Shown: in pieces, positions 1 to 10,035 of the stretch | Layout of the letters: each line of letters begins with the position of its first letter | How positions within the stretch are numbered: the stretch's first letter is position 1 | NCBI GenBank assembly: GCA_963845265.1 | Contig: CAWJRN010000018.1 | Span: forward strand, 407,634 to 471,633 | DNA from: an uncultured Gammaproteobacteria bacterium | GTDB lineage: Bacteria; Pseudomonadota; Gammaproteobacteria; Chromatiales; Chromatiaceae | Direction: 5' to 3' | DNA length: 64,000 bases | The notes under the pieces: generated by a model | What the model saw: the letters and a program-made list of their open reading frames with translations, nothing else | Databases searched by the model: none | What the model was told of the DNA's origin: nothing | Translations under genes and position numbers: made by a program

Positions 1-885
1 CACCACGGTTACCCCGGGAGCGGCGACGCGCTGCCCAAGGCGCCCGGCGAAGGCGGAGGTCCCCTTGCGGTTGAAGTCCCCCTCCAGGCCATGACCGACC
101 GCCTCATGCAACAGGACGCCGGGCCAGCCAGGGCCCAGCACCACGGTCATGGTCCCAGCCGGGGCTGCCTCTGCCTCTAAATTGACCAGGGCCTGACGGA
201 CCGCCTCGCGGGCGAAGCCCAGGGCCCGGTCCTCTTCCAGGAAATAGGACAGGTCCCGCCGCGCCCCGCCGCCGCTGGAACCCTGCTCGCGCCGCCCGTC
301 ACCCTCGGCGATGACGCTGACGCTCATGCGCACCAGAGGACGCACGTCAGCGGTCAGGGAGCCGTCGTCGGAGAGCACCATCATGGTATCCAACGCAGCC
401 ACCAGGCTCACCGAGACCTCGCGGACCCGCGGGTCCTGACGGCGCGCCTCTGCATCGACGCGATGCAGCAGGGCGAGCTTGTCGGCATCCGGCAGACTGC
501 CGACCGGGTCCAAGGGCTCATAGAGGCGCCGTACCGTCGGCATCCCAGTGACCCGCACCCGACCATTCTGGCCTGCCCGGGCGATGGCACTGGCGGCCCG
601 GGCGGCCTGTTCCAGGGCAGGGAGGTGCAACTCGTCGGAATAGGCGAAACCGGTCTTCTCGCCACTGACGACGCGCAACCCGGCACCCTGGTCGATGTTA
701 AAGGTCCCGTCCTTGATGATGCCATCCTCCAACACCCAGGACTCGAGCCGACCATTCTGGAAGTAGATATCGGCGGCATCAACCGCAGAGCTGGTGAGGC
801 CACTGAGTAGCCGGTCGAGATCGGCGTCGCCGAGGCCCACCGGGCTCAGGATGCTGTTACGGGCAATGGCGAGGGAGTCGGTCAT
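1..885 (-). CDS. tldD: Metalloprotease TldD, N-terminal 295 codons (3' part lies beyond the window start)
   Basis: The minus frame is open from ATG (cat 883-885) to base 1. It is absent from the ORF track because it has no stop in the window. The translation runs MTDSLAIARNSILSPVGLGDADLDRLL...LLHEAVGHGLEGDFNRKGTSAFAGRLGQRVAAPGVTVV, with a TldD-type HExxxH region. Confidence 0.85.
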   Translation of the reverse strand, partial: MTDSLAIARNSILSPVGLGDADLDRLLSGLTSSAVDAADIYFQNGRLESWVLEDGIIKDGTFNIDQGAGLRVVSGEKTGFAYSDELHLPALEQAARAASAIARAGQNGRVRVTGMPTVRRLYEPLDPVGSLPDADKLALLHRVDAEARRQDPRVREVSVSLVAALDTMMVLSDDGSLTADVRPLVRMSVSVIAEGDGRREQGSSGGGARRDLSYFLEEDRALGFAREAVRQALVNLEAEAAPAGTMTVVLGPGWPGVLLHEAVGHGLEGDFNRKGTSAFAGRLGQRVAAPGVTVV

Positions 886-1017
886 GGTGTCGGGTCAGGG
901 CTCTGGTTGAGACAGGGGCGTGCGAGGCTCGCGGTTGGCGCCGCCCCATAGCAGCAGCCACCGTGGCGAAGGCTGCGCCCTCGGGCGCCGCAGGGGGAAA
1001 TTCGGGTCGGCAACCCC

Positions 1018-1839
1018 CTATTTCAAACGCCGGTGCTCGATGGTGGGGAAATTGCGCCGGACGGAGTGGAGATAATCGGCATCGATGCGACAGGCGACCA
1101 CACCGGTCCCGCGCGGGACCTGGGCGAGGATGCTCCCCCAGGGGTCCACGATCATGCTGTGACCATGGGTCTCGCGCCCATTGATGTGATAACCGCCCTG
1201 GGCGGCTGCGACCACATAGGCGAGGTTCTCGATGGCCCGGGCTCGAACCAGGGTCTCCCAGTGGGCCTTGCCGGTGATGGCGGTAAAGGCGGAGGGGATG
1301 GCGGCCAACTCCATGCCGTCGTCGAGCATGCGCCGAAACTGCTCAGGAAAGCGCAGGTCATAGCAGACAGCTACCCCGAGCCGGCCAAAGGGGCTGTCGA
1401 TCACCCGGGTCGCGTCTCCGGGCTCGATGGCGGCGGACTCCTCGTAGCGTTCGTCCGCCCCGGGGAGACTCACGTCGAACAAGTGGATCTTGTCGTAGCG
1501 CCCGACCTGCTTGCCGCGCTCGTCGAAGACCAGGCAGGCCGCGCGCACCCGATCCCGGGTGTGGGCCACCAAAGGCAGGGTGCCGCCCACCAGCCAAACC
1601 CCGTACTTGGACGCCATGCGCGATAGGAAGGCTTGGAGTGGCCCATCGCCGTCCTGCTCGACCAGCGGCAGCAAATCCTGGATGCGCTGACCCATAAAGG
1701 CGAAATTTTCCGGCAGGACGACCAAGCCGGCACCAGCCTCAGCCGCCTCGCGGATCAGACGCTCCGCCTCCAGCAGGTTGGCGTTGACGTTTGGGCTGCT
1801 CGCCATCTGAACCGCGGCGACTTTGGGCGTCTTTCTCAT
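1018..1839 (-). CDS. Carbon-nitrogen hydrolase (nitrilase superfamily)
   Basis: This is ORF 1018..1908 with the start moved to ATG 1837-1839 (MRKTPKVAAVQM). The Glu-Lys-Cys triad contexts VVLPENF, YDKIHLFD and GVAVCYDLRFPE are present. Confidence 0.85.
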   Translation of the reverse strand: MRKTPKVAAVQMASSPNVNANLLEAERLIREAAEAGAGLVVLPENFAFMGQRIQDLLPLVEQDGDGPLQAFLSRMASKYGVWLVGGTLPLVAHTRDRVRAACLVFDERGKQVGRYDKIHLFDVSLPGADERYEESAAIEPGDATRVIDSPFGRLGVAVCYDLRFPEQFRRMLDDGMELAAIPSAFTAITGKAHWETLVRARAIENLAYVVAAAQGGYHINGRETHGHSMIVDPWGSILAQVPRGTGVVACRIDADYLHSVRRNFPTIEHRRLK

Positions 1840-2071
1840 GGGGACCTGTTGCGACGATGGCGTTAGGGGGCCCAGCACTCGAAGCGCCGCGGCCTGGACA
1901 TGGGTCACGAGGTCGAAAGGTTACACCCTCGCCGCCGCAGGCCCAAGGCGTAACGCCCTGCCGACCTTGGCCGGGAGCCTGGCTGACCTTGATAATCGTG
2001 CATAGCCCGCCCGGAGCCGACCTCTGGCGGCCTCGAGGTACGGGATGGCCATGCCGTCAACGCCTTGGCCG

Positions 2072-3403
2072 TCAGTCCGCATCGCACGGCAGCGCCCAGA
2101 GGTCGTGCTCCTGAGCGTCGGTCACCTCCACCTCGATGAAATCCCCTGGGTCCAGCTCCCAGGCCCCGGGGACGATGACGCTGCCGTCGATCTCCGGGGC
2201 GTCGGCATAGCTGCGGGCCAGGACGCGATCCGCTTCCACCTCGTCCACCAGCACGGTGAGCCGCTGGCCGATGCGGGCGGCAAGCTTGGCGCGACTGATC
2301 TCGGCCTGGACCGCCATGAAAAGCGCCAGACGCTCCTGCTTGAGCTCCTCCGGCACCGGGTTTGGGAGGTTATTGGCAGCCGCGCCATGCACCGGGGAAT
2401 AGGCAAAACAGCCCACCCGGTCGAGTTGCGCCTCGCGTAGGAAATCGAGCAGCAGCTCGAAGTCCGCCTGCGTCTCCCCCGGAAAGCCGACGATAAAGGT
2501 GCTGCGCATGACCAGTTCCGGGCACATCGCCCGCCATCGCGCCAGGCGCTCCAGGACCCGCTCGGTCGCCGCCGGGCGGCGCATGGCCGCCAGCACCGCC
2601 GGGCTGCCGTGCTGCAGGGGCATGTCCAGATAGGGCAGGATCAGCCCCTCGGCCATCAACGGGATGAGGCCGTCCACATGGGGGTAGGGATAGACGTAGT
2701 GCAGGCGCACCCAGGCGGGCAACTCACCCAAGGCCCGGGCCAGATGCTCCAGATCGGTCTTCAGCGGGCGGCCCTGCCAGAAGTCGGGTCGGTAACGCAC
2801 GTCGAGCCCGTAGGCGCTGGTGTCCTGGGAGACGATCAGCAGCTCGCGCACCCCGGCATCCACCAGGCGCTGCGCCTCGCCCAGGACCTCACCGATTGGG
2901 CGGCTCACCAGGTCGCCGCGCAGGCTCGGGATGATGCAGAAGCGGCACCTGTGATTGCACCCCTCGGAAATCTTCACATAGGCGTAGTGGCGGGGGGTGA
3001 GCTTGACCCCCTGGGGCGGGAGCAGGCTCGTGAAGGGGTCGCTACGCGGCGGCAGATGGGTATGGACCGCGTCCATGACCTCCTGATAGGCATGGGGCCC
3101 AGTGACCGCCAGGACCTCCGGGTGGGTATTGCGCACCAGCTCGGCACGGGCCCCGAGGCAGCCGGTGACGATGACCCGACCGTTCTCGGCCAGGGCCTCG
3201 CCGATCGCCTCCAAAGACTCCTCCACCGCGGCATCGATGAAGCCGCAGGTGTTGACGACCACCAGATCCGCGCCCCCATAGTCCGGCGACAGGTCGTACC
3301 CCTCCGCCCGCAACTGGGTGAGGATGCGCTCGGAGTCTACGGTCGCCTTTGGGCAGCCGAGGCTGACGAAGCCCACCCTGGGGGTTTCTTTGGTTTGATT
3401 CAC
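2072..3403 (-). CDS. rimO: Ribosomal protein S12 methylthiotransferase RimO
   Basis: It has [18 protein letters not shown] at the N-terminus, the radical-SAM motif [10 protein letters not shown] and a TRAM-like C-terminus. The start is set at GTG 3401-3403 ([12 protein letters not shown]), because the upstream part of the 521-aa ORF is Trp/Arg-rich nonsense. Confidence 0.88.
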   Translation of the reverse strand: MNQTKETPRVGFVSLGCPKATVDSERILTQLRAEGYDLSPDYGGADLVVVNTCGFIDAAVEESLEAIGEALAENGRVIVTGCLGARAELVRNTHPEVLAVTGPHAYQEVMDAVHTHLPPRSDPFTSLLPPQGVKLTPRHYAYVKISEGCNHRCRFCIIPSLRGDLVSRPIGEVLGEAQRLVDAGVRELLIVSQDTSAYGLDVRYRPDFWQGRPLKTDLEHLARALGELPAWVRLHYVYPYPHVDGLIPLMAEGLILPYLDMPLQHGSPAVLAAMRRPAATERVLERLARWRAMCPELVMRSTFIVGFPGETQADFELLLDFLREAQLDRVGCFAYSPVHGAAANNLPNPVPEELKQERLALFMAVQAEISRAKLAARIGQRLTVLVDEVEADRVLARSYADAPEIDGSVIVPGAWELDPGDFIEVEVTDAQEHDLWALPCDAD

Positions 3404-3455
3404 AGGCCGGAGCCTCTCTGGGGTGAATGGAGCGTCGGTCCGCACAGTGGACCGT

Positions 3456-4313
3456 TCAATGCCCGAACAACGACCGACGATAACGACGTACCTGCTCGTC
3501 GTCCGGACCAAGCAGGTCCAGGACCAGCAGCAAGGCCTCGCGCCCCAGTCCATCGCGGTAACCGGGGGTGCGACGCTCCAGGTCCGCCAACTGTTCCAGG
3601 GCGGCATGATAGTCGTCCGCCACCACCAGACGCGCACCCAGGGCGAAGCGCGCGGCGTGCTCGTCCGGGTCCTGGTCGAGGGCCGCGATCAAGTCCGCCT
3701 GGGGGTCGGCCGCCTCGGCCGCGGCGATCAGCTCCAGGTGGACGAACAATCGGCGGATCTCCCCGCCAGCCCTAAGCGCGGGGGGCAGGGCGGCCAACAC
3801 CGCCTGGGCATCCGCATGACGCCCTTGCCGGATCAATAGCTTGGCAAGCAGGAGCGGGATCGAGGGGTTCTCCGGCTCGGCTATGGCCGCCTCGGCCAGG
3901 ACCTGGATCGCCTTGTCCTGATCCCCCGCCTCCCAGGCCGCCAGGGCCGCCGCCTGGGCCCGGTCGGCCAGGGGCTTGAGATTGCGCTCGATCAGTGCCC
4001 GGTAGTCGGACTCGGTCTGAATCCCGTGGATCTCCTCCACCACCTTGCCTTGCCGAAACAGCTTGCAAGAGGGCAGGCCCTTGACCCCATAGCGAAGGGC
4101 GACCGCCTTCTCCCGATCGGTGTCCAGGCTCACCAACAGGAAGCGCCCGCCATAGTCCCGGGCCAGGCGCCGCAACAGCTCCCCCTGACGCAGGGAGGGT
4201 CCGGCCCAGGGGGCCCAGAAATCGACCAGCACCGGTCCCTTGCGTGAGTTTTCCAGAACCAAGGTCGCGAAATTCGCGTCAGTCCCTTCGAGAATGAAGG
4301 CTTCGTTGGACAT
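3456..4313 (-). CDS. Thioredoxin-fold + TPR co-chaperone (YbbN/CnoX-like), active-site cysteines absent
   Basis: It begins [40 protein letters not shown], followed by a helical TPR-like C-terminus. The start is at ATG 4313 (residue 47 of the ORF). Confidence 0.8.
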   Translation of the reverse strand: MSNEAFILEGTDANFATLVLENSRKGPVLVDFWAPWAGPSLRQGELLRRLARDYGGRFLLVSLDTDREKAVALRYGVKGLPSCKLFRQGKVVEEIHGIQTESDYRALIERNLKPLADRAQAAALAAWEAGDQDKAIQVLAEAAIAEPENPSIPLLLAKLLIRQGRHADAQAVLAALPPALRAGGEIRRLFVHLELIAAAEAADPQADLIAALDQDPDEHAARFALGARLVVADDYHAALEQLADLERRTPGYRDGLGREALLLVLDLLGPDDEQVRRYRRSLFGH

Positions 4314-4731
4314 GGGCAGTTCGGCTCGGGATCTTGGGCAATAGGGGCGGGGCCGACTATCGTATCGGGTCGAGACCGGGGGCTCAAACCGAGCCAAACC
4401 CAGCAGCATGTGCCGAGCGATCGAGGTCGCCCTGTCCCTCTGGGCGACCACCTGAGTGAGGGAAACCGCAGTGACACCCGCGCCTTGATATAGGCCAAGG
4501 TGCTGCAGGCGCCATGCCCCTTAGCGTGGTGCCAAACGAGCGGCGTATACCCCCATTGTCGACAACCGTCTGAATTCGGCCTTGCTCGTGGTGCGCTATC
4601 CGGTACGATAGCCGACCGGCACCCGAACCTGGTCCGGCACCGGAACTGTCAACGATAGGGGGCCACTAAGGAAACAACGACGTGTTCGCCATGACGACGC
4701 GCGCTTTCACCACAATCACGAGGTACCGACG

Positions 4732-4869
4732 GTGAAAAACTGCAAGCTCTGTAAATACAGCAAGGTCTGTAACGACTTGCCCGGGATCTGCATCCTGATC
4801 CCCTATCTTGCCATCGCCGTCCTGACGGTCGCCTTGGGTTACCTGTTCGTCACCCAAGAGCTGCTGTGA
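4732..4869 (+). CDS. Hypothetical 45-aa Cys-rich single-pass membrane peptide
   Basis: The start is GTG 4732 with GAGG 8-9 nt upstream. The product is [45 protein letters not shown]. Its stop TGA 4867-4869 overlaps the GTG start of fkpB (GTGA). It falls below the ORF-track size cut-off. Confidence 0.3.
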   Translation: MKNCKLCKYSKVCNDLPGICILIPYLAIAVLTVALGYLFVTQELL

Positions 4870-5333
4870 CTCATCACCCCGCAGCAAACCCCCCGCCCAT
4901 TGGGCCCGGCAGTCATATCGAGCTGCAGTTGGAGATCCGCCTCCAGGACGGCACCCTCGCCCTGTCTGCCTGGGGCGATGACGCACTGACGCTCGCCCTG
5001 GGCGACGGCACCCTCACCCCCGGCCTGGAGGCCCTGCTCGTCGACCTCGGTCCAGGGGTCGAGACACGCATCCTGGTCAGCGGCGACGACATTTACGGCC
5101 CCCATGACCCGGACAACATCCACTGGCTGCCGCGCTCGGACTTCCCCCCTGAGTTGACCGCAACACCCGGACAGGTGATCGCGTTCGAGACCCCGGGTGG
5201 CCATGAACTGGCTGGCCTGGTCTTGGCATCGGACCGGGATCGGGTGCAGGTAGACCTCAATCACCCCCTGGCTGGTCGATCGTTGAACATCCGCCTCTTG
5301 GTAGCCGTCCCTTTGCCAGACCCTAGCGCCTGA
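4866..5333 (+). CDS. fkpB: FKBP-type peptidyl-prolyl cis-trans isomerase (SlyD/FkpB-like)
   Basis: The FKBP/IF-domain-like sequence [16 protein letters not shown]...[13 protein letters not shown]...[12 protein letters not shown] is present. It sits immediately upstream of ispH, as in enterobacterial fkpB-ispH. Confidence 0.8.
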   Translation: MTHHPAANPPPIGPGSHIELQLEIRLQDGTLALSAWGDDALTLALGDGTLTPGLEALLVDLGPGVETRILVSGDDIYGPHDPDNIHWLPRSDFPPELTATPGQVIAFETPGGHELAGLVLASDRDRVQVDLNHPLAGRSLNIRLLVAVPLPDPSA

Positions 5334-5349
5334 CCTATCCCCACGCCCC

Positions 5350-6339
5350 ATGAATATCGTCATCGCCAACCCGCGGGGCTTTTGCGCCGGCGTGGACAGA
5401 GCCATCGACATCGTCGAGCGGGCCATCGAGCTCTTCGGGTCCCCCATCTATGTCCGCCATGAGGTGGTCCACAACCGCTTCGTGGTCGAGAACCTGCGCA
5501 AGCGCGGCGCCGTTTTTGTCGAAGAACTGGACCAGGTCCCGGACGGGTCCACGGTCATCTTCAGTGCCCACGGGGTGGCCCAACAGGTGCGTGCAGAGGC
5601 CGCCGGGCGCAACCTGCGTGTCTTCGACGCCACCTGCCCCCTGGTCACCAAGGTCCACCTGGAGGTCGCCCGACACTGCAAGAATGGCCAGGAGGCCATC
5701 CTCATCGGCCACCGCGGCCACCCCGAGGTGGAAGGCACCATGGGTCAATGCCGGGGCGACGCCTCCGGGACCGGTCGGGTGAAGCTGGTGGAAACCCTCG
5801 CCGACGTGGCAGACCTGGAGGTGCAAGACCCCGAGCACCTCGCCTACGTCACCCAAACCACCCTATCCATGGACGATACCCAGGCCATCGTCACAGCCCT
5901 GCGCGAGCGCTTCCCGGCCATCGTCGGACCGAGGAAGAGCGATATCTGCTACGCCACCCAGAACCGGCAGGACGCCGTCAAGGCCCTGGCCGAGCGCTGC
6001 GACCTGGTGCTGGTGGTGGGGTCCGCCAATAGCTCAAATTCCAACCGCCTACGCGAGCTCGCAGAACGCCAAGGCTGCCACTCCCATCTGATCGATGGCC
6101 CGGACGACATCCGCCGCGAGTGGTTACAGCAGTCACCACGCATCGGGCTCACTGCTGGGGCGTCCGCGCCCGAGGTCCTGGTCGAACAAGTCATCGAGCG
6201 CCTGCGCGCCTGGGGCGCAGGCGAGGTCGAGGAGCAATCCGGGGTCCGCGAGCAGGTCGTCTTCGCCCTCCCCAAGGAGCTGGCCCAGGAACCTTCGGTC
6301 AAGGCAGCCGATCCAGCAACCCCGGGGGTATCGGAATGA
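5350..6339 (+). CDS. ispH: 4-hydroxy-3-methylbut-2-enyl diphosphate reductase
   Basis: [42 protein letters not shown] is a typical IspH/LytB N-terminus, and the protein is full length. Confidence 0.95.
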   Translation: MNIVIANPRGFCAGVDRAIDIVERAIELFGSPIYVRHEVVHNRFVVENLRKRGAVFVEELDQVPDGSTVIFSAHGVAQQVRAEAAGRNLRVFDATCPLVTKVHLEVARHCKNGQEAILIGHRGHPEVEGTMGQCRGDASGTGRVKLVETLADVADLEVQDPEHLAYVTQTTLSMDDTQAIVTALRERFPAIVGPRKSDICYATQNRQDAVKALAERCDLVLVVGSANSSNSNRLRELAERQGCHSHLIDGPDDIRREWLQQSPRIGLTAGASAPEVLVEQVIERLRAWGAGEVEEQSGVREQVVFALPKELAQEPSVKAADPATPGVSE

Positions 6340-7421
6340 GCGGCATCCTGGTCGTCGGCGGCGGCATCATCGGCTTGCTCACGGCCCGGGAATTGGTCGA
6401 GGCCGGGGAGCGTGTCACCCTCGTGGAGATGGGGGAGACCGGGCGCGAGGCATCCTGGGCCGGCGGCGGTATCCTCTCGCCCCTCTACCCCTGGCGATAC
6501 GCCCAATCCGTCACCGATCTGGCCGCCTGGAGCCAGCACGACTACCCTCGTCTTTGTCTGGCCCTGCACGACGAGACTGGCATCGACCCCGAACTGACCC
6601 ACAGCGGCCTGCTCATCCTCGACCCCGAGGAGCGCGACCAGGCCCAGCAGTGGGCCCAAGTCCAGGGCGTGCGCCTGGAGCTGCCGGATCTCGCGGCAGT
6701 GCGCGAGATTGAACCCGACCTGGGCCCACACCCCGAGCAAGCCATCTGGCTGCCGGACGTCGCCCAGGTACGCAACCCCCGGTTCGCCAAGGCGCTGCGA
6801 CGCTCCATTGAGGGGCGTGTGGCGATTCGCGAGCAGGAAGAGGTCACCGAGCTGCTGGTCGAGGCCGCGCGGGTCACCGGTGCGCGCACCAACAAGGGCA
6901 CCATCGAGGCCGACAAGGTCATCGTCTGCACCGGCGCCTGGACCGCCAAGCTCCTTGAGGCCCTGGGTGACGCCCCCGACATCCAGCCGGTGCGCGGGCA
7001 GATGATCCTCTTCTACGGCAAGCCCGGTCAGATCGGACGCATCGTCCTCTACCGTGACCGCTACGTCATCCCGCGGCGTGACGGGCGCGTCCTGTTCGGC
7101 AGCACCATCGAAAACGTCGGCTTCCACAAGGCCACCAGCGCCGAGGTCAAGGAGGCCCTCTACCGAGCCGCCGTCGAGCTCTTCCCCCTGCTCAAGCACA
7201 CCCCCATCGAAGAGCACTGGTCCGGCCTGCGGCCCGGCTCGCCCAGCGGCATCCCCTACATCGGCGCTTACCCGGGTGTCGAGGGGCTCTATTTCAACGC
7301 GGGCCACTTCCGCAACGGCGTGGTCACCGGTCCCGCCTCCGCCCGCCTGGCCGCCGACCTGGTGCTAGGCCGCGAGCCGGTGGTCGCGCCAGGTCCCTAT
7401 GCCCTGGATGCGGCTCGCTGA
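6336..7421 (+). CDS. thiO: FAD-dependent glycine/D-amino-acid oxidase (ThiO-like)
   Basis: ATG 6336 overlaps the ispH stop (ATGA). It has the dinucleotide-binding motif [24 protein letters not shown] and a DAO-family C-terminus GHFRNGV. Confidence 0.6.
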   Translation: MSGILVVGGGIIGLLTARELVEAGERVTLVEMGETGREASWAGGGILSPLYPWRYAQSVTDLAAWSQHDYPRLCLALHDETGIDPELTHSGLLILDPEERDQAQQWAQVQGVRLELPDLAAVREIEPDLGPHPEQAIWLPDVAQVRNPRFAKALRRSIEGRVAIREQEEVTELLVEAARVTGARTNKGTIEADKVIVCTGAWTAKLLEALGDAPDIQPVRGQMILFYGKPGQIGRIVLYRDRYVIPRRDGRVLFGSTIENVGFHKATSAEVKEALYRAAVELFPLLKHTPIEEHWSGLRPGSPSGIPYIGAYPGVEGLYFNAGHFRNGVVTGPASARLAADLVLGREPVVAPGPYALDAAR

Positions 7422-7499
7422 GCCCTGCCGAACCAACCCGGACGTCTTGCCAGCCATCGGGCGACTCCCTATACTTCCGCGTCCGCTAGAAGACAGCAG

Positions 7500-7575
<76 letters not shown>

Positions 7576-7585
7576 TAATATTCAA

Positions 7586-7614
7586 GGGCTTGGCAGAAAT
7601 GCCAGGCCCTTTTT
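7586..7614 (+). terminator. Rho-independent terminator after tRNA-Thr
   Basis: The stem is GGGCTTGGCA-GAAA-TGCCAGGCCC (one G.U pair), followed by TTTTT. Confidence 0.6.
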
Positions 7615-7737
7615 CGTTGGCGCGGGACACAGGCGGAAACCGCGATTAATGCGCCAGACCGGCTAGACCAGGGCGCGCGCCCGGCGCTTCCGTACCCCCG
7701 ATCAATGCGCGACTAGCCGCAACCATTTTATCGGGCC

Positions 7738-8103
7738 TCAGGCCGACCGCAGCCAGTCGAGGGCACCTGACCACTCGGTACGCGGGAAGTGACGCACCTC
7801 AGCAGCGACAAAGTGTTTAGCGAGCTGGGGAAGGTGGGAGAGGATCGGGCTATCGCTGACCACTGCCACGCGCCGGATCAGGCGGTGGTGGTCACGCACG
7901 AAGCGCAGGTGGGCCGTCAGTCCAGAGAACCCGTCCCAACCCGGGAAGGCCTCGGCCTCGATCAGGAGGCCGCGAAGCCCGCCGGTGCTTTCGATGAAGG
8001 GATCGACCTCCGCGGTCAGGGCCTGGAAGTCCTCCGCCTCCAGAGGCCCCTGGGGAGCGACTATCAGGATACCGTCATCCTCATTCAGTTCGTGCTGGAT
8101 CAT
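7738..8103 (-). CDS. STAS/SpoIIAA-like small protein (DUF3478-like)
   Basis: MIQHELNEDDGILIVAPQGPLEAEDFQALTAEVDPFIE...FVRDHHRLIRRVAVVSDS. The start is at the internal ATG 8103. The family call comes from recollection of this fold's signature. Confidence 0.5.
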   Translation of the reverse strand: MIQHELNEDDGILIVAPQGPLEAEDFQALTAEVDPFIESTGGLRGLLIEAEAFPGWDGFSGLTAHLRFVRDHHRLIRRVAVVSDSPILSHLPQLAKHFVAAEVRHFPRTEWSGALDWLRSA

Positions 8104-8465
8104 GGGTGTCTCCGTCGGTTGAAACCGGCCGGGGATGGTCGGTCGGGGTGCGGACGAGATCACGGGTCGGCACCTCGAAATCTAGCGCAAATGTGCGGGC
8201 GTCGCGCTTTGCGGTGACCTGTTCGTGACCCACTCCCTCGAGCCGTCGGCTTCCCGAGAGCCGCGCGAACCCAGCGAGCCTCTTGAGGAAGCTCTGCGAT
8301 GTCCCGAGCCGAGACAGGCAAGGCTCGCATGCGGGCATCCGCCCACCGGCACCATTTGCAGCCTTGAGCCGGGATCGGGTACCTTGCTCAGCCTGCCGCA
8401 ACCTCGGTCGAGACCCGCTCCTGGCCCGGCACCAACCCCCCTCACCTTCATACCCGGAAGCCCCC

Positions 8466-9692
8466 ATGCAACCCGTCCTCAAGTCGGTCAAGTTGGCCAA
8501 CGTCTGCTACGATATCCGCGGCCCGGTGATGGCCCGCGCACGGCAGATGGAGGAGGAGGGCAGCCGCATCATCAAGCTCAACATCGGCAACCCGGCGGCC
8601 TTCGGCTTCGAGGCCCCGGACGAGCTGGTGCGCGATGTCATCCACAACCTGCCCAACGCCTCCGGCTACGCGGAGTCCAAGGGCCTGTTCGCCGCCCGTA
8701 AGGCGGTCATGCATTACACCCAGGCCAAGCGCATCGCCGGGGTGGACGTGGGAGATGTCTACATCGGCAACGGCGTCTCCGAGCTGATCGTGATGACCAT
8801 GCAGGCCTTGCTGGACAATGGCGACGAGGTGCTGATGCCGGCCCCCGACTACCCCCTGTGGACCGCCGCGGTGAGCCTGGCCGGCGGCACGCCGACCCAC
8901 TACCTGTGCGACGAGGGGGCAGGCTGGCTGCCGGACCTGAACGACATCCGCGCCAAGATCACCCCGGCGACCCGCGCCATCGTCATCATCAACCCGAACA
9001 ATCCCACCGGGGCGCTCTACCCGGAGGATCTGTTGCGGGAGATCGTGGAGATCGCCCGTACCCATCAGTTGATCGTCTACGCGGACGAGATCTACGACAA
9101 GGTGCTCTACGACGGGGCCACCCACACCTCCATCGCCTCCCTGGCCGACGACGTGTTGTTCCTGACCTTCAACGGCCTGTCCAAGAACTACCGCGCCTGC
9201 GGCTACCGCGCCGGCTGGGTGGTGGTGTCCGGGGAAAAGCGCCACGCCCGGGACTATGTCGAGGGTCTGGACATGCTCGCCTCCATGCGCCTGTGCGCCA
9301 ATGTCCCGGCACAGTACGCCATCCAGACCGCACTTGGCGGCTACCAGAGCATCGACGACCTGGTGGTCCCCACCGGGCGCCTGGGCCGACAACGCGACCT
9401 GGCCTACGATTTGCTCACCGCCATCCCCGGGGTGAGCTGCCACAAGCCCCAGGCGGCCATGTACCTCTTTCCGCGCCTGGACCCCAAGCGCTATCCCATC
9501 ACCAACGACCAGCACTTCATTCTGGAGCTGCTGCTGGAAGAGAAGGTGCTGGTGGTGCAGGGCGGTGGCTTCAATTGGCCCAGTCCAGATCACCTGCGCC
9601 TGGTCTTCCTGCCCAACACGGATGACCTGACCGAGGCCCTTGGACGCATCGCCCGATTCCTGGATGGCTTCCGCGCCCGCCATGGGACCTGA
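8466..9692 (+). CDS. alaA: PLP-dependent aminotransferase, AlaA/YfbQ type
   Basis: MQPVLKSVKLANVCYDIRGPVMARARQMEEEGSRIIKLNIGNPAAFGF... with the lysine region FNGLSKNYRACGYR. The start is moved to ATG 8466. Confidence 0.8.
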   Translation: MQPVLKSVKLANVCYDIRGPVMARARQMEEEGSRIIKLNIGNPAAFGFEAPDELVRDVIHNLPNASGYAESKGLFAARKAVMHYTQAKRIAGVDVGDVYIGNGVSELIVMTMQALLDNGDEVLMPAPDYPLWTAAVSLAGGTPTHYLCDEGAGWLPDLNDIRAKITPATRAIVIINPNNPTGALYPEDLLREIVEIARTHQLIVYADEIYDKVLYDGATHTSIASLADDVLFLTFNGLSKNYRACGYRAGWVVVSGEKRHARDYVEGLDMLASMRLCANVPAQYAIQTALGGYQSIDDLVVPTGRLGRQRDLAYDLLTAIPGVSCHKPQAAMYLFPRLDPKRYPITNDQHFILELLLEEKVLVVQGGGFNWPSPDHLRLVFLPNTDDLTEALGRIARFLDGFRARHGT

Positions 9693-10035
9693 GCCCCCTC
9701 GCACGCCGGGCTCGCTTGGCCGGCAACCGCTCCTGCGTTGCCTGCATGTCCGCCATCCATGGCGGCCACGCCTCGCCCGGTTGCGCCGAAGGCGACGCTC
9801 CCACGGGTGTTTGCCCGGCTGGGCCAGCGTCTCGCAGCCAAGGGAAGAGGCGCGGGGTGCCCGATAGCCTGCCCCAACCCCGCCAAGCGCTGCCGCCCCC
9901 GCTCTGCTGGCAGGCGGCCAGCATGACGCCTGCCCCACGGTTCCAAGCTTTACCACCCTCGCTGTAGGTCCATCCTGGGCAGCGATGGGCTAGACTAACC
10001 GGCTTGTCCACGCCGCATCTACTTCGAGTCCCCCC

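Noticed and set aside
5949-7307. 452-aa minus-strand ORF
   Set aside because: It is antisense to the ispH 3' end and thiO, and both sense genes have clear cofactor-binding motifs.
8448-9956. 502-aa minus-strand ORF
   Set aside because: It is antisense to the aminotransferase gene and has no recognisable motifs.
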